DNA from: Deltaproteobacteria bacterium
GTDB lineage: Bacteria; Desulfobacterota; Binatia; UBA9968; JAJDTQ01
DNA length: 64,000 nucleotides
Assembly: GCA_028818775.1 (NCBI GenBank)
Contig: JAPPNE010000054.1
Location: 9,136-73,135, forward strand
Direction: 5' to 3'
Each line of letters opens with the position of its first letter. Position 1 is the stretch's first letter. Under the pieces are notes generated by a model. That model had not been told where the DNA came from, did no database searches, and saw nothing but the letters and a program-made list of their open reading frames with translations. Positions 9,141 through 19,931 of this stretch are shown here, in pieces. The translations under genes were made by a program, and so were the position numbers.

Positions 9141-10436
9141 GTGTTGAGTCTCTACAATACGGTGTGGCACGCAGGCCTCATGCTCGCGCTCTTGGCGTGG
9201 CCCCTGCTGTTGATCCTCCCGCGGCGTCCGTACCGGGGCCTGCGCGAGCGTTTCGCCGCCTATCCGGGTGCGCTGCGCGACTCACTCGCCGGTTCCCGCC
9301 CCATCTGGGTTCATGCCGCTTCCGTGGGCGAGGTACGTTCAGCCGCCGCGCTGCTTCGGCGCATCAAGGCGCGCTGGCCGGAACGCAAGCTGCTGCTCTC
9401 CACGGTCACCGCCACCGGCCGTCAGACCGGATGGGAAAACCTTCCCCACGTGGACGCCGTCACCTACCTGCCGCTGGACCTGCCGTGGCTGGTCTCGCGC
9501 AGCCTTCGGTGCCTCCGTCCGGAGGTGATCATCGTGCTGGAAACGGAGATCTGGCCCAACTTCATCCACGCGGCGCACCGGCAGCGCATCCCGCTGGTGG
9601 TGCTCAGCGGCCGTCTGTCGCCGCGCGGCGCGGCCCTCTTCAAACGGTTCCAGGGACTCTTCCGCCCCGCGCTGGAGCGGGTGTCCGCCTTCGGCATGCA
9701 GGACGACGAGAATGCCGCGCGCCTGCTGGATCTGGGAGTGGACCCTGCCAGGGTGACGGTTACCGGCTCCCTTAAGCACGCGCCGGACGCGGCGGCGGAG
9801 GAGCCGCCCGCGGACCTGTCAGGCTTCGGCCCGGGCCCCGTGGTGGTGGCGGGCAGCACGCACCGGGGAGAGGAAGAGGTGCTGCTGGATGTCCTGCCTG
9901 GCTTGCGCCGCCGTTTCCCGGGCCTGTTGATGGTCCTCGCTCCGAGGCATCCCGAGCGGTTCGCCGAGGTGGAACGCCTGCTGCGGCAACGCGAGCTGCG
10001 TTACCAGAAGCGGACTGAATTCACCGGCGTCGGGTCCGAGGAGGTCGGCGTGCTGCTGCTGGATACGCTGGGCGAGCTGCCGCGCGTGTACGGCCGCGCG
10101 GACGTCGCGTTCGTGGGCGGCACCCTGGTCCCGGCGGGAGGACACAATCTCCTGGAACCGGCGCGTTGCGCCAAACCGGTGCTGTTCGGTCCCCATCACG
10201 CCAACGTCGCCGGCATCGCCCGCGCTCTCCTGGAAGGAGGCGGCGGCGTCGAGGTGCGCGGCCCCGAGGACCTCCAGGCGGAGATCAGCGGCCTGTTGGA
10301 AGATCCCGGTCGGGCGGCGGCGGTGGGCCGCGCCGCCGCCCGGGCCGCGGCGGCGGACGCGGACGTCCTGCCGCGGAGCCTGAAACTGGTGTGCCGCCAA
10401 ATTCGGCACGCCGCCTCCCGGGGTGCCCTTGGCTAG
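9141..10436 (+). CDS. waaA: Kdo transferase
   Basis: IWVHAASVGE, ETEIWPN, APRHPERF, LDTLGEL, GGHNLLEPA. Confidence 0.95.
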   Translation: MLSLYNTVWHAGLMLALLAWPLLLILPRRPYRGLRERFAAYPGALRDSLAGSRPIWVHAASVGEVRSAAALLRRIKARWPERKLLLSTVTATGRQTGWENLPHVDAVTYLPLDLPWLVSRSLRCLRPEVIIVLETEIWPNFIHAAHRQRIPLVVLSGRLSPRGAALFKRFQGLFRPALERVSAFGMQDDENAARLLDLGVDPARVTVTGSLKHAPDAAAEEPPADLSGFGPGPVVVAGSTHRGEEEVLLDVLPGLRRRFPGLLMVLAPRHPERFAEVERLLRQRELRYQKRTEFTGVGSEEVGVLLLDTLGELPRVYGRADVAFVGGTLVPAGGHNLLEPARCAKPVLFGPHHANVAGIARALLEGGGGVEVRGPEDLQAEISGLLEDPGRAAAVGRAAARAAAADADVLPRSLKLVCRQIRHAASRGALG

Positions 10437-11520
10437 TGGGCCGGCACGATGGGTGCGCGACGCCTGGCAAGGGCGCGGCGCGGCGGCCCGCATCCTGTGG
10501 CTGCTGCTGTGGCCGTGGAGCCTGGTCTACCGTGCCGTGATTGGGCTGCGAAACCTGCTGTACGACGTCGGGGTGCTGCGTTCCCGGAGACTCCCGGTTC
10601 CGGTGGTGTGCGTGGGCAACCTCACCGTGGGCGGCACCGGCAAGACCCCCACGGTCCTGTGGCTGTCCCAGGCCCTGCGGCAGCGCGGCCTCGGGACGAC
10701 GATCCTGACCCGAGGTTACGGCGGCGCCGGCACGGCCGCCGTGATCGAGCCCGAGGATGCCGGGAAATGGCTTGACGAGGCCGCCGGCAGGCTTCTGGTC
10801 TACGGCGACGAACCGGCCATGATGAGCGCCCTGTACGGCCAGAGGGTGGGTGTGGGCGCGGACCGCTACCGTGTCGGCCTGGAGTCGGGCCGGGACCCGC
10901 TGAAAGCGCACCTCTTCGTGCTGGACGATGGATTCCAGCACCGGCGGCTCGAGCGGGACCTCGACATCGTCCTCGTGGGGTCCGACTGCGAGGGGTCGCT
11001 CCTGCCGGCGGGGCCGTTTCGAGAGCCGGTCCGGGCGTTGCGCCGCGCCCGTGTCGTCGTGGTGACCGGGGCGCACGACCGCTGGCGGAAACGGCTCGAG
11101 CGCCGTTTCGACTCTTCCAGGGTCTTCTTTGGAAACCGGCGGCCGCGCGCCGTGCTCATGCGCACCGAGAGCGGCCACCGGGAGCTGACGCTGGCCGCTC
11201 TCGCCGGCGCCCGGGTCCTGGCGGTGGCCGCGATAGGCGACCCGGCGCCTTTCTACGCCATGCTCCGCGAGTGCGAGGCGGTCGTGGTGGACACGCTGGA
11301 GTATCCCGATCACCACACGTACACGGAAGGAGACTGGCGCGAGATCAACCGCCGCCCGGCGGAGAAGATCGTCACGACCGAGAAGGACTACGTCAAGTTG
11401 GCGCGGTTCCCCTTTTCCACCGGACGTTTGCTGGCCCTGAGAATCGAAATGGTCGTGGACCGGCCGGAGGAATTGCTGGATTACGTCGTCGAGGCGGTGC
11501 GTCCGGCGGCGCATGAATGA
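10423..11520 (+). CDS. lpxK: Tetraacyldisaccharide 4'-kinase
   Basis: VGNLTVGGTGKTP, TRGYGG, GDEP, LDDGFQH, TTEKDYVK. Exact start uncertain. Confidence 0.95.
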   Translation: MPLASGPARWVRDAWQGRGAAARILWLLLWPWSLVYRAVIGLRNLLYDVGVLRSRRLPVPVVCVGNLTVGGTGKTPTVLWLSQALRQRGLGTTILTRGYGGAGTAAVIEPEDAGKWLDEAAGRLLVYGDEPAMMSALYGQRVGVGADRYRVGLESGRDPLKAHLFVLDDGFQHRRLERDLDIVLVGSDCEGSLLPAGPFREPVRALRRARVVVVTGAHDRWRKRLERRFDSSRVFFGNRRPRAVLMRTESGHRELTLAALAGARVLAVAAIGDPAPFYAMLRECEAVVVDTLEYPDHHTYTEGDWREINRRPAEKIVTTEKDYVKLARFPFSTGRLLALRIEMVVDRPEELLDYVVEAVRPAAHE

Positions 11521-11535
11521 CCGTGCGTACCACGT

Positions 11536-11564
11536 TTGCATTGCAGGGTGCATGAAGATAAGAT
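11536..11564 (+). promoter_or_regulatory. sigma70-type promoter of first RRM gene
   Basis: TTGCAT (11536-11541), 17 bp, TAAGAT (11559-11564). Confidence 0.6.
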
Positions 11565-11630
11565 CGGGCCGGTTGCCGTGCTGATGTCACGTTCGAACGC
11601 CGTGTTCGGACCTCGAAGAGGGGGTGTGCC

Positions 11631-11894
11631 ATGGGTGACAGACTTTACGTGAGTGGACTGCCCTACGCCGTGACCGAAGCCCAGTTGCAGGAGCTTTTCG
11701 CGGCACACGGCACGGTTGCTTCGGCCAGGATCGTGACCGACCGCTTTACCGGCCGGTCGCGCGGTTTCGGGTTCGTCGAGATGGGCTCGGACGCCGAGGC
11801 CCAGGCAGCCATGGAAGCCTTGAACGGAACGGAGCTTCAGGGGCGTGTGCTCAAGGTGAACGAGGCGCACGAACGGCGGACACGGGACTCCTGA
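11631..11894 (+). CDS. Single-RRM RNA-binding protein
   Basis: RNP2 LYVSGL and RNP1 RGFGFVEM. Confidence 0.95.
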   Translation: MGDRLYVSGLPYAVTEAQLQELFAAHGTVASARIVTDRFTGRSRGFGFVEMGSDAEAQAAMEALNGTELQGRVLKVNEAHERRTRDS

Positions 11895-11922
11895 ACGGCC
11901 CTTGCCGGCAAGACTGCAACCA

Positions 11923-11956
11923 CGAAGGGGCGGCGGATGCGCCGCCCCTTCGTTTT
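11923..11956 (+). terminator. Intrinsic terminator
   Basis: CGAAGGGGCGGCG-gatg-CGCCGCCCCTTCG perfect 13-bp stem followed by TTTT. Confidence 0.8.
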
Positions 11957-11964
11957 GGAGAGCC

Positions 11965-13314
11965 ATGGAAACAACAACGATCACGGACTGTACGATCCTG
12001 CCCATGACCGGTCGCGGCGCGGTCATCGAATCAGGTTACGTGACCGCCGTGGACGGCAACATCACCGCGGTGGACAAGGGCGAAGCGCCGGCAAGGGAAG
12101 GGGAGACACGCATCGACGGCCACGGCAAGGTGCTCCTGCCCGGGCTGGTCAATGCCCACACGCATCTCTACCAGGTGCTCCTGCGGGCGGTGTGGGAGGA
12201 CATGCCGTTTCTCGACTGGCTTGAGCGCATCTACGGCGTGGCGCGTGTGCTGAACCCGGAGCATGCGGCGGCGGGCGCCCTGCTGGGCTGTCTCGAGAAT
12301 CTCAAGGGCGGCGTCACTACCGTCTGCGAGCACAATTTCCTGAACCCCGGTCCGGAGTGCGCCGTGGCCACGGTGGACGCCATCACCGGGTCGGGTCTGC
12401 GCGGCGTGTTCGCGCGCACGGTCATGGACACCGGGGAGATCGTACCGGACTGCACCAAGGAGACCCCCGAGACCGCCTTCGGGCGCATCGAGGATCTAAT
12501 GGCGCGTCAGGGCGGCGGCGACCCGCGGTTGACCTTCCGCACCGGACCCAACACGCCGCCCATCAACGCCTCCCCCGACCTCCTGCGGGAGATCCGCCGG
12601 TTCGCGGACGCCCATTCCATCGGCATCAGCGCCCACGTGGCGGAATCGGCCTCCGTGGTGGAGGTGACGCGCCGGACGCTGGACCGCGCCGGCGTGGTCG
12701 AGCACCTGAAGGACTTCGGCATTCCCGGCGAGGACGCGATCTTCGCCCACAGCGTCCACCTGTCCGCCGACGAGATCCGCCATCTGGCGGGGACCCGCAC
12801 GGCGGTGTCGCACAACCCCGTGAGCAACATGATGCTTGGGGACGGCATCGCGCCCGTGGTGGAGATGCTGGAGGCCGGCGTCCGGGTCGGCCTGGGCACG
12901 GACGGCGCGGCGAGCAACCACGGCCAGGACCTGTTCGAGACCATGAAGGCCGCGTCGCTGCTGCAGAAAGTCAAGCACCAGGACGCCGGCGTCATCGATC
13001 CTTACAGCGTTCTGTGCATGGGCACGATCGACGGCGCCCACGCGCTGGGCCTCGGGTCGGTCTGCGGCACGGTGGAGGTTGGCAAGCGCGCGGACCTGAT
13101 CCTGGTGGACGTGGACAAGCCGCATTTCCAGCCGGTGAACGACCTGGTGAGCCAGTTGGTGCATTGCGCCAAGGCCACCGACGTGGACACGGTGGTGGCC
13201 GACGGCAAGGTGCTGATGCGCGAGCGCCGCTGCACCCTGTTCGACGAGGAGGCCGTGGTACGGCGCGCGCAGGCCGCGCGCCGCGACCTCATGGTGCGCA
13301 TGTCCGCCGCTTGA
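11965..13314 (+). CDS. Metal-dependent amidohydrolase (MtaD/AtzA-like deaminase family)
   Basis: PGLVNAHTHL, SAHVAES, LGTDG, GKRADL; GGAG before ATG 11965. Confidence 0.88.
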   Translation: METTTITDCTILPMTGRGAVIESGYVTAVDGNITAVDKGEAPAREGETRIDGHGKVLLPGLVNAHTHLYQVLLRAVWEDMPFLDWLERIYGVARVLNPEHAAAGALLGCLENLKGGVTTVCEHNFLNPGPECAVATVDAITGSGLRGVFARTVMDTGEIVPDCTKETPETAFGRIEDLMARQGGGDPRLTFRTGPNTPPINASPDLLREIRRFADAHSIGISAHVAESASVVEVTRRTLDRAGVVEHLKDFGIPGEDAIFAHSVHLSADEIRHLAGTRTAVSHNPVSNMMLGDGIAPVVEMLEAGVRVGLGTDGAASNHGQDLFETMKAASLLQKVKHQDAGVIDPYSVLCMGTIDGAHALGLGSVCGTVEVGKRADLILVDVDKPHFQPVNDLVSQLVHCAKATDVDTVVADGKVLMRERRCTLFDEEAVVRRAQAARRDLMVRMSAA

Positions 13315-13333
13315 GGCTGTTCCTTTTCCGGTC

Positions 13334-13370
13334 GCGCACGCGGGACGCCGGCGCGGGCGTTCGTGTGCGC
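13334..13370. terminator. GC-rich hairpin between convergent genes (possible terminator)
   Basis: About 15-bp stem GCGCACGCG-g-GACGCC / GGCGTT-CGTGTGCGC with G:U pairs; no clear U tract. Confidence 0.45.
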
Positions 13371-13377
13371 CGATGGG

Positions 13378-13599
13378 TCAGTTGCGGTGCCGGTAGGTAA
13401 TCCGGCCTCGGGTCAGGTCATAGGGCGACAGCTCGAGCGTCACCCGGTCTCCGGGCAGGATCTTGATGTAGAACTTGCGCATCTTGCCCGCGGTGTACGC
13501 AAGGACGTTGTGCTTGTTGTCCAGTTCGACCTTGAACATGGCGTTGGGAAGGCTCTCCATCACCGTGCCCGTAACCTCGATATTGTCCTGCTTGCTCAT
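13378..13599 (-). CDS. infA: Translation initiation factor IF-1
   Basis: [28 protein letters not shown]...[33 protein letters not shown]. Confidence 0.98.
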   Translation of the reverse strand: MSKQDNIEVTGTVMESLPNAMFKVELDNKHNVLAYTAGKMRKFYIKILPGDRVTLELSPYDLTRGRITYRHRN

Positions 13600-13619
13600 A
13601 GCTCTCGTGCTGGTTGCAC
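13596..13619 (-). other. Candidate 7-codon uORF (GTG, MQPAREL) whose stop overlaps the infA start
   Basis: Minus strand reads AAGGAGG-ttcg-GTG CAA CCA GCA CGA GAG CTA TGA; this TGA overlaps the infA ATG as ATGA. Confidence 0.4.
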
Positions 13620-13667
13620 CGAACCTCCTTTCGCGAAGCCCTCGTGGGCTCCCCTCACTGTTGCGAT

Positions 13668-13696
13668 AGAGTAGCCCAAGGGGGGCGAATTGTCCA
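13668..13696 (-). promoter_or_regulatory. sigma70-type promoter of infA
   Basis: Minus strand TGGACA, 17 bp, TACTCT. Confidence 0.5.
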
Positions 13697-13769
13697 TCCC
13701 GGCCGCGTCCGTGCCTGCCCGCGGCTACACGTTGCATTCGCGCAGTCCGTGTGAAAGACTACGCGGGTC

Positions 13770-14144
13770 GTGGGCGCCGATCGTCTTTTCCTGCTTCTGG
13801 GTTCCCTGTCCGGGTTTGCCGGGGTCGCGCTGGGTGCGTTCGCCGCTCACGGTCTGCGCGGCAGACTGTCGCCGGAGATGCTCGACATCTTCGAGGTGGG
13901 CGTGCGCTATCAGATGTACCATGCCTTGGGGCTGGTGGCGGTGGCGCTGGCATTCGAGCGCTGGCCCCGCCCCGAGTTCCTGGTGGCGGGCTGGTTCTTC
14001 GTCGCCGGCACGCTGGTGTTCTCGGGGAGCCTTTACCTCCTGAGCCTTTCGGGCATCCGTTGGCTGGGCGCGATCACCCCCATCGGAGGGCTCGCGTTCC
14101 TGTTGGGGTGGCTCAGCCTGGCGTGGGGCGCCTGGAAGGGATAG
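13770..14144 (+). CDS. DUF423 (YgdD/TMEM256) membrane protein
   Basis: GAFAAHGL, RYQMYHALGL, VFSGSLY, GAITPIGG. Confidence 0.93.
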   Translation: MGADRLFLLLGSLSGFAGVALGAFAAHGLRGRLSPEMLDIFEVGVRYQMYHALGLVAVALAFERWPRPEFLVAGWFFVAGTLVFSGSLYLLSLSGIRWLGAITPIGGLAFLLGWLSLAWGAWKG

Positions 14145-14167
14145 TCCGAGTCCCGCGGGAGAAACAG

Positions 14168-15304
14168 ATGGCCAAGAACGGATACCGAATTCTCGACAGC
14201 GACATGCACATCATGGAGCCGCCGGACTTGTGGGAGACGTACCTGGAGCCCGAGTTCAGGCCGCAGGCCCCGCGCGGGGTCACCAGCGAGAACGTGCGCG
14301 ACCTGCGCATGGTCCATCCGGACGGGAGGCTCTGGGGTCTTCCCGAGATCCATGCCGGCAACGTCACGCAAGGGCACAACTTCAAGAAGAACCAGGGTAT
14401 CTACGGCACCCACGCGGAGCGGGGCTGGACCCCGGAGGTGCAACTGGAAGCCATGGATATCGAGGGCATCGACGTGGCGGTGCTCTATCCCACGCGCGGG
14501 CTCCAGGCCCTGAGCGAGGCGGACATGGAGCCGCGTTTCGCCGCCGCCGTGGCGCGGGCCTACAACAACTGGCTTCACGATTTCTGCGCCGCCGACCCCG
14601 CCCGCCTGCTGGGCGCGGGCATGCTGTCTCCCTTCGACGTCGACGCTGCGGTCGAAGAGGCTACCCGTTGCGCCCGCGAACTCGGGTTCCGGGGCATCTT
14701 CATGCGCTCGAATCCCGTCAACGACCGCAACTTTCACGACCCCTGCTACGAGCCCCTGTGGAGCGCCCTGGAGGAACTTCACATGCCCCTGGGGCTGCAC
14801 GAATCCTCGTCTTCCGGCGTACGCCAGGTGGGTGATCAGTTCGAGCCCAACTTCATGCTGCGGCGGGTGTTCGCCCAGCCGGTGGAGCAGATGCTCGCCA
14901 TGGGCAGCCTGTGCGCGGGCGGCGTGCTGGCGCGGCATCCGAATCTGAGGGTGGCCTTTCTGGAGGCCAACTGCGGCTGGTTGCCGTGGCTCCTCTGGCG
15001 CATGGACGAGGCATGCGAGAGGGAGGCCGACGTCTGGTCGCCGGACTTGGCGATGCTGCCGAGCGAGTACTTCAAGCGGCAGTGTTTCGTGTCCGTGGAA
15101 CCGGATGAGGAGCCGGTGAAGTACGTCATCGACTACCTCGGGAACGAGCGCATCGTGTTCTCCACGGACTATCCCCACGGCGACTCCAAGTTTCCCCACG
15201 CGGTGGAAAGCTTCCTCGAACTCGCCACCATCAGCGCGGAAGACAAGCACAAGATCCTGTGGGACAACTGCGCCGCCTACTACGCCCTGGACCGGGACGC
15301 ATGA
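14168..15304 (+). CDS. Amidohydrolase_2 family protein
   Basis: ILDSDMHIMEP, LGLHES, FLEANCGW, FSTDYPHGD. Confidence 0.88.
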   Translation: MAKNGYRILDSDMHIMEPPDLWETYLEPEFRPQAPRGVTSENVRDLRMVHPDGRLWGLPEIHAGNVTQGHNFKKNQGIYGTHAERGWTPEVQLEAMDIEGIDVAVLYPTRGLQALSEADMEPRFAAAVARAYNNWLHDFCAADPARLLGAGMLSPFDVDAAVEEATRCARELGFRGIFMRSNPVNDRNFHDPCYEPLWSALEELHMPLGLHESSSSGVRQVGDQFEPNFMLRRVFAQPVEQMLAMGSLCAGGVLARHPNLRVAFLEANCGWLPWLLWRMDEACEREADVWSPDLAMLPSEYFKRQCFVSVEPDEEPVKYVIDYLGNERIVFSTDYPHGDSKFPHAVESFLELATISAEDKHKILWDNCAAYYALDRDA

Positions 15305-15338
15305 GGGCGCGGCGGATTCCCGCACGCTCCCCCTCTCG

Positions 15339-16499
15339 ATGAACGATACGGGCCGCATCCGACCGGCGCGCGGGATTCTCTTCGCGGGCGCGCTGCTGTG
15401 GAACATGTGCAACGGCATGTTGTTCGTGCTCACGCCGCTTTTCGGCGTGACCCTGGGGCTTTCCGTGCTCGACATCGGCTCCCTGGTGGGGCTTCCGTAC
15501 CTGCTGACCATCGTCATGCGCTTCGTCGGCGGCGCCCTGGCCGACCGCTACGGCGAGCACCGCATGCTCCAGGCGTGCTATTCGCTGAACGTGCTCGCCG
15601 CCGTCACGCTGGCCCTGGCGGGCGGGTTCCTCTCGCTGATGCTGTCCAGTACCCTGGCGAACCTGTCGCGCAGCATGTTCTGGGTGCCGGCCCAGTCCAT
15701 GGCGAGCCAGCTTTCCAGCCGCTATCCCGGCAGGATGCTCGGGCAGTTGTCGGCGGCCAACTACACCGGCCAGCTTTTGGGCCTGGCACTGGGCGGCGTT
15801 CTCGCGGGGTGGCTGGGATACGGCTACACGTTCGCCCTCGTGACCGCGGCGTCGGTCGCCGGCATGTTGCTGGGCTTCGTCCTCCCGCCCATCCGCGTGC
15901 ATGGCGGACGCACCGTGTGGGAGACCACCGTGGGGATGAGCCGCCGCCTGCTCCGGGGACGCACCTGGCTGCTCATTTCCAGTTCGTGCGCGGCGGCCGT
16001 CCCCTTCGGCATCACCCAGTCCATCTACCCTGTCTACATGAGCGACCTTGCCTTTCCCGAGGGCTGGATCAGCGTGATCATCGCCGTGCGCTCCATCGGT
16101 CCGGTGGCCATCGGACTGGCCATGGGCTCGGAGATCACCATCGAACGCGAGAAGGGGTTCTACGCGCTCAGCATGGCGGGGTTGGGCCTCTGTATCCTGG
16201 CCAGCACATGGACGCAGGGGTGGCTGCTTCTGGGGCTCTGCATCGCCGGCCTGGGCATGGCCGGGGCGGTGGCGGACCTGCTCAACCAGGTCCAGGCGGT
16301 GGACCTCAGCCGCGCCAGCGACCGGTCGGCGGTCATGGCCGCGACCGGACTCGGCTGGAACATCTCGCCCATGGCCCTTCCGCTGGTCCTGGGCTGGGCG
16401 GCGGACACGTGGGGTTTCGCGCTGATGTTCGCCGGAGCCGGCGTCTTCTTCCTGCTCGTGGCCCTGGGGACGCCCATTTGGTACCGCTTGTTGCGTTAA
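15339..16499 (+). CDS. MFS transporter
   Basis: About 12 hydrophobic segments, motif A-like GGALADRYGEHR. Confidence 0.85.
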   Translation: MNDTGRIRPARGILFAGALLWNMCNGMLFVLTPLFGVTLGLSVLDIGSLVGLPYLLTIVMRFVGGALADRYGEHRMLQACYSLNVLAAVTLALAGGFLSLMLSSTLANLSRSMFWVPAQSMASQLSSRYPGRMLGQLSAANYTGQLLGLALGGVLAGWLGYGYTFALVTAASVAGMLLGFVLPPIRVHGGRTVWETTVGMSRRLLRGRTWLLISSSCAAAVPFGITQSIYPVYMSDLAFPEGWISVIIAVRSIGPVAIGLAMGSEITIEREKGFYALSMAGLGLCILASTWTQGWLLLGLCIAGLGMAGAVADLLNQVQAVDLSRASDRSAVMAATGLGWNISPMALPLVLGWAADTWGFALMFAGAGVFFLLVALGTPIWYRLLR

Positions 16500-16541
16500 T
16501 GACATCAGCGGTTATCGATTCGCGAATATTAGGTAAGCCAG

Positions 16542-16571
16542 TTGACAAAGAGGCCAGCGGGTCAATATAAG
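16542..16571 (+). promoter_or_regulatory. sigma70-type promoter of second RRM gene
   Basis: TTGACA (16542-16547), 18 bp, TATAAG (16566-16571) in a lower-GC intergenic stretch. Confidence 0.7.
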
Positions 16572-16723
16572 GGAGTCCGGGTCTACAATTGAACGATATC
16601 TTTTTTGCCTTCTGAGAGACCGCGTAAGACCCAAGCCGGTTCGAGAGCCTCGATCGTCCCGCATGCGTTCGGCTTTCACCGTGTACTGTCGCGGGGTTGA
16701 AAAGAAGAAGGACGGAGGAAAGC

Positions 16724-17026
16724 ATGAACGAAAAGCTGTACGTGGGCGGTCTGCCCTATGCGACAACGGAAGATCAACTACAGGACGTGTTTGCCGAGCA
16801 CGGCACCGTCGTGTCCGCCAGGATCATCACCGACAAGTTCACGGGCCGTTCGCGCGGATTCGGTTTCGTGGAGATGGGGTCGGCGGACGAGGCGCAACGG
16901 GCCATCGACGCCCTGCACGAAACGGAACTGGGCGGCCGCAAGCTCACGGTCAGCGAGGCCCGACCTCAGGAACGCCGTGGGGGATTCGGAGACAACCGCG
17001 GCGGCGGAAACCGGAACCGCTGGTAG
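16724..17026 (+). CDS. Single-RRM RNA-binding protein with Gly/Arg-rich tail
   Basis: KLYVGGL, RGFGFVEM, tail ERRGGFGDNRGGGNRNRW; GGAGG SD. Confidence 0.95.
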   Translation: MNEKLYVGGLPYATTEDQLQDVFAEHGTVVSARIITDKFTGRSRGFGFVEMGSADEAQRAIDALHETELGGRKLTVSEARPQERRGGFGDNRGGGNRNRW

Positions 17027-17035
17027 CCGGTCCCG

Positions 17036-17728
17036 TCAGGCGAGCATCTCCGGCTCCGCCCGCTCCTCCAGGCTCCCGTCGGACTTGCCGATGATGATCC
17101 GGGTGGCGAGCCCGCTGAAGATCCCGCAATCCACGACACCGCAGGTCCCGACGATCTCGCGCTCCAGCGCGGGCGGATCCTCGATGACGCCGAACGAGCA
17201 GTCCAGGATGTAGTTGCCGTTATCGGTCACGAAGGGGGTGCTGTCCGACGAGCGGAAGCGCGCGTCGCAGCCGAGGTCCCGCAGGCGCTCGCGTGTCATC
17301 TGCCAGCCGAACGGCACCACCTCCACGGGCAGGGGAAAGGCGCCGAGGCGCTGCTTCAGCTTGCTCTCATCGACGATGATCAACTCGGTGTCGCTCGCGG
17401 AGGCGACGAACTTCTCGCGCAGCAGCGCCCCGCCGCCGCCCTTGATGAGGTTGAACGCGGGATCCACCTCGTCGGCGCCGTCGATGGTCACATCGACGTG
17501 AAGCACCTCCGCGAAGCTGGTGAGGGGAATGCCCAGTTCCCGCGCCAGTGTGGCCGAACGCTCGGACGTGGAGATGCAGCGGATACGCAGCGACTCTTCG
17601 CGGATCCTCTCGGCCAGCCGGACGATGGCGAAATAGGCCGTCGAGCCCGTTCCCAGACCTACGATCATGTCGTGCGCGACATAATCCGTGGCGCGCTCAC
17701 CGGCGATCTTCTTTGGATTGGGTGCCAT
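17036..17728 (-). CDS. rpiA: Ribose-5-phosphate isomerase A
   Basis: VGLGTGSTA, DVTIDGADEVD, IKGGGGALLREK, VTDNGNYILD. Confidence 0.96.
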   Translation of the reverse strand: MAPNPKKIAGERATDYVAHDMIVGLGTGSTAYFAIVRLAERIREESLRIRCISTSERSATLARELGIPLTSFAEVLHVDVTIDGADEVDPAFNLIKGGGGALLREKFVASASDTELIIVDESKLKQRLGAFPLPVEVVPFGWQMTRERLRDLGCDARFRSSDSTPFVTDNGNYILDCSFGVIEDPPALEREIVGTCGVVDCGIFSGLATRIIIGKSDGSLEERAEPEMLA

Positions 17729-17860
17729 GAGGGTGGATTGTAACGCACCAAAGGGCCCTGAGAAACCGCTTGGCGGCGAGCCGCCCGGCCCCCTCCGATC
17801 CCGAGCCGCGCCGGCGCCGCAACGCTTGAAAGGGAAGGTGGCGACGGCTAATCTTAGGCG

Positions 17861-18679
17861 ATGCGTTTCCCCGGTTTTCTCCGGTCGGCCGCGGGCGCGC
17901 TGCTGCTGGCGGCCCTGGGGGCTTGCGCTCCCTTGAGCGTCGATGACGAGCGCAGCCTGGGCGCCGACTTCGCACGCAACTTCGAGCACCGCACCGAATT
18001 GGTTCGCGACCCCACCGTTACCCGGTACGTATCCGCCATCGGTACGAGGCTTCTTGAACGGGTCGGCCCCCAGCCCTTCACCTACTATTTCAAGGTCATC
18101 CCCAACAACGACGTCAATGCGTTCGCCGCGCCCGCGGGCCACATCTACCTTTACACCGGCACCATTCTCAGGGCGCGCAATGTGAGCGAGCTGGCCGGGG
18201 TCATCGCCCACGAGATCGGGCATGTGGTCAAGCGCCACGTCGCCCGCAACTTCAACCGCGCCATCGCCACCAACATCCTGCGTCAGGCGGGCACGGCCGC
18301 CGCCGAGATTGCCGTGGGCACCGACGCCGGGCGGGCTACCGCGGTTCTCGGGGGGATTGCGGCCATGGGGTACCTCAACACCTTCAGCCGCGAAGCCGAG
18401 CATGAAGCCGACGCCTTTGCCGTAGGACTCATGTACCGGGCGGGCTATGATCCGCGCGGGCTTGTCAGCTTCTTCGAAACGCTGCAAAGAGAGAAGGGCC
18501 GCTCCACGCCGACCTTTCTGTCGAGCCACCCGAAGACCACGGTCCGTATCGCCAATGCGCGGAAGCTGATCGAGCGGCTGCCCCAGGGAGTTCGCCTTGA
18601 AGCCGAGGACGGGGGCCGGCTGCGGGAGGTCCAGCGCATTCTGCGCCAAGGCGCCGGGAAACGAGGGAGAAACTCGTGA
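17861..18679 (+). CDS. M48 family Zn metallopeptidase, lipoprotein
   Basis: Lipobox LGAC, VNAFAAPAG, AHEIGHV, FSREAEHEAD, FLSSHP. Confidence 0.9.
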   Translation: MRFPGFLRSAAGALLLAALGACAPLSVDDERSLGADFARNFEHRTELVRDPTVTRYVSAIGTRLLERVGPQPFTYYFKVIPNNDVNAFAAPAGHIYLYTGTILRARNVSELAGVIAHEIGHVVKRHVARNFNRAIATNILRQAGTAAAEIAVGTDAGRATAVLGGIAAMGYLNTFSREAEHEADAFAVGLMYRAGYDPRGLVSFFETLQREKGRSTPTFLSSHPKTTVRIANARKLIERLPQGVRLEAEDGGRLREVQRILRQGAGKRGRNS

Positions 18680-19909
<1,230 letters not shown>

Positions 19910-19931
19910 GGCCGGACGCGCATCCACGGCC

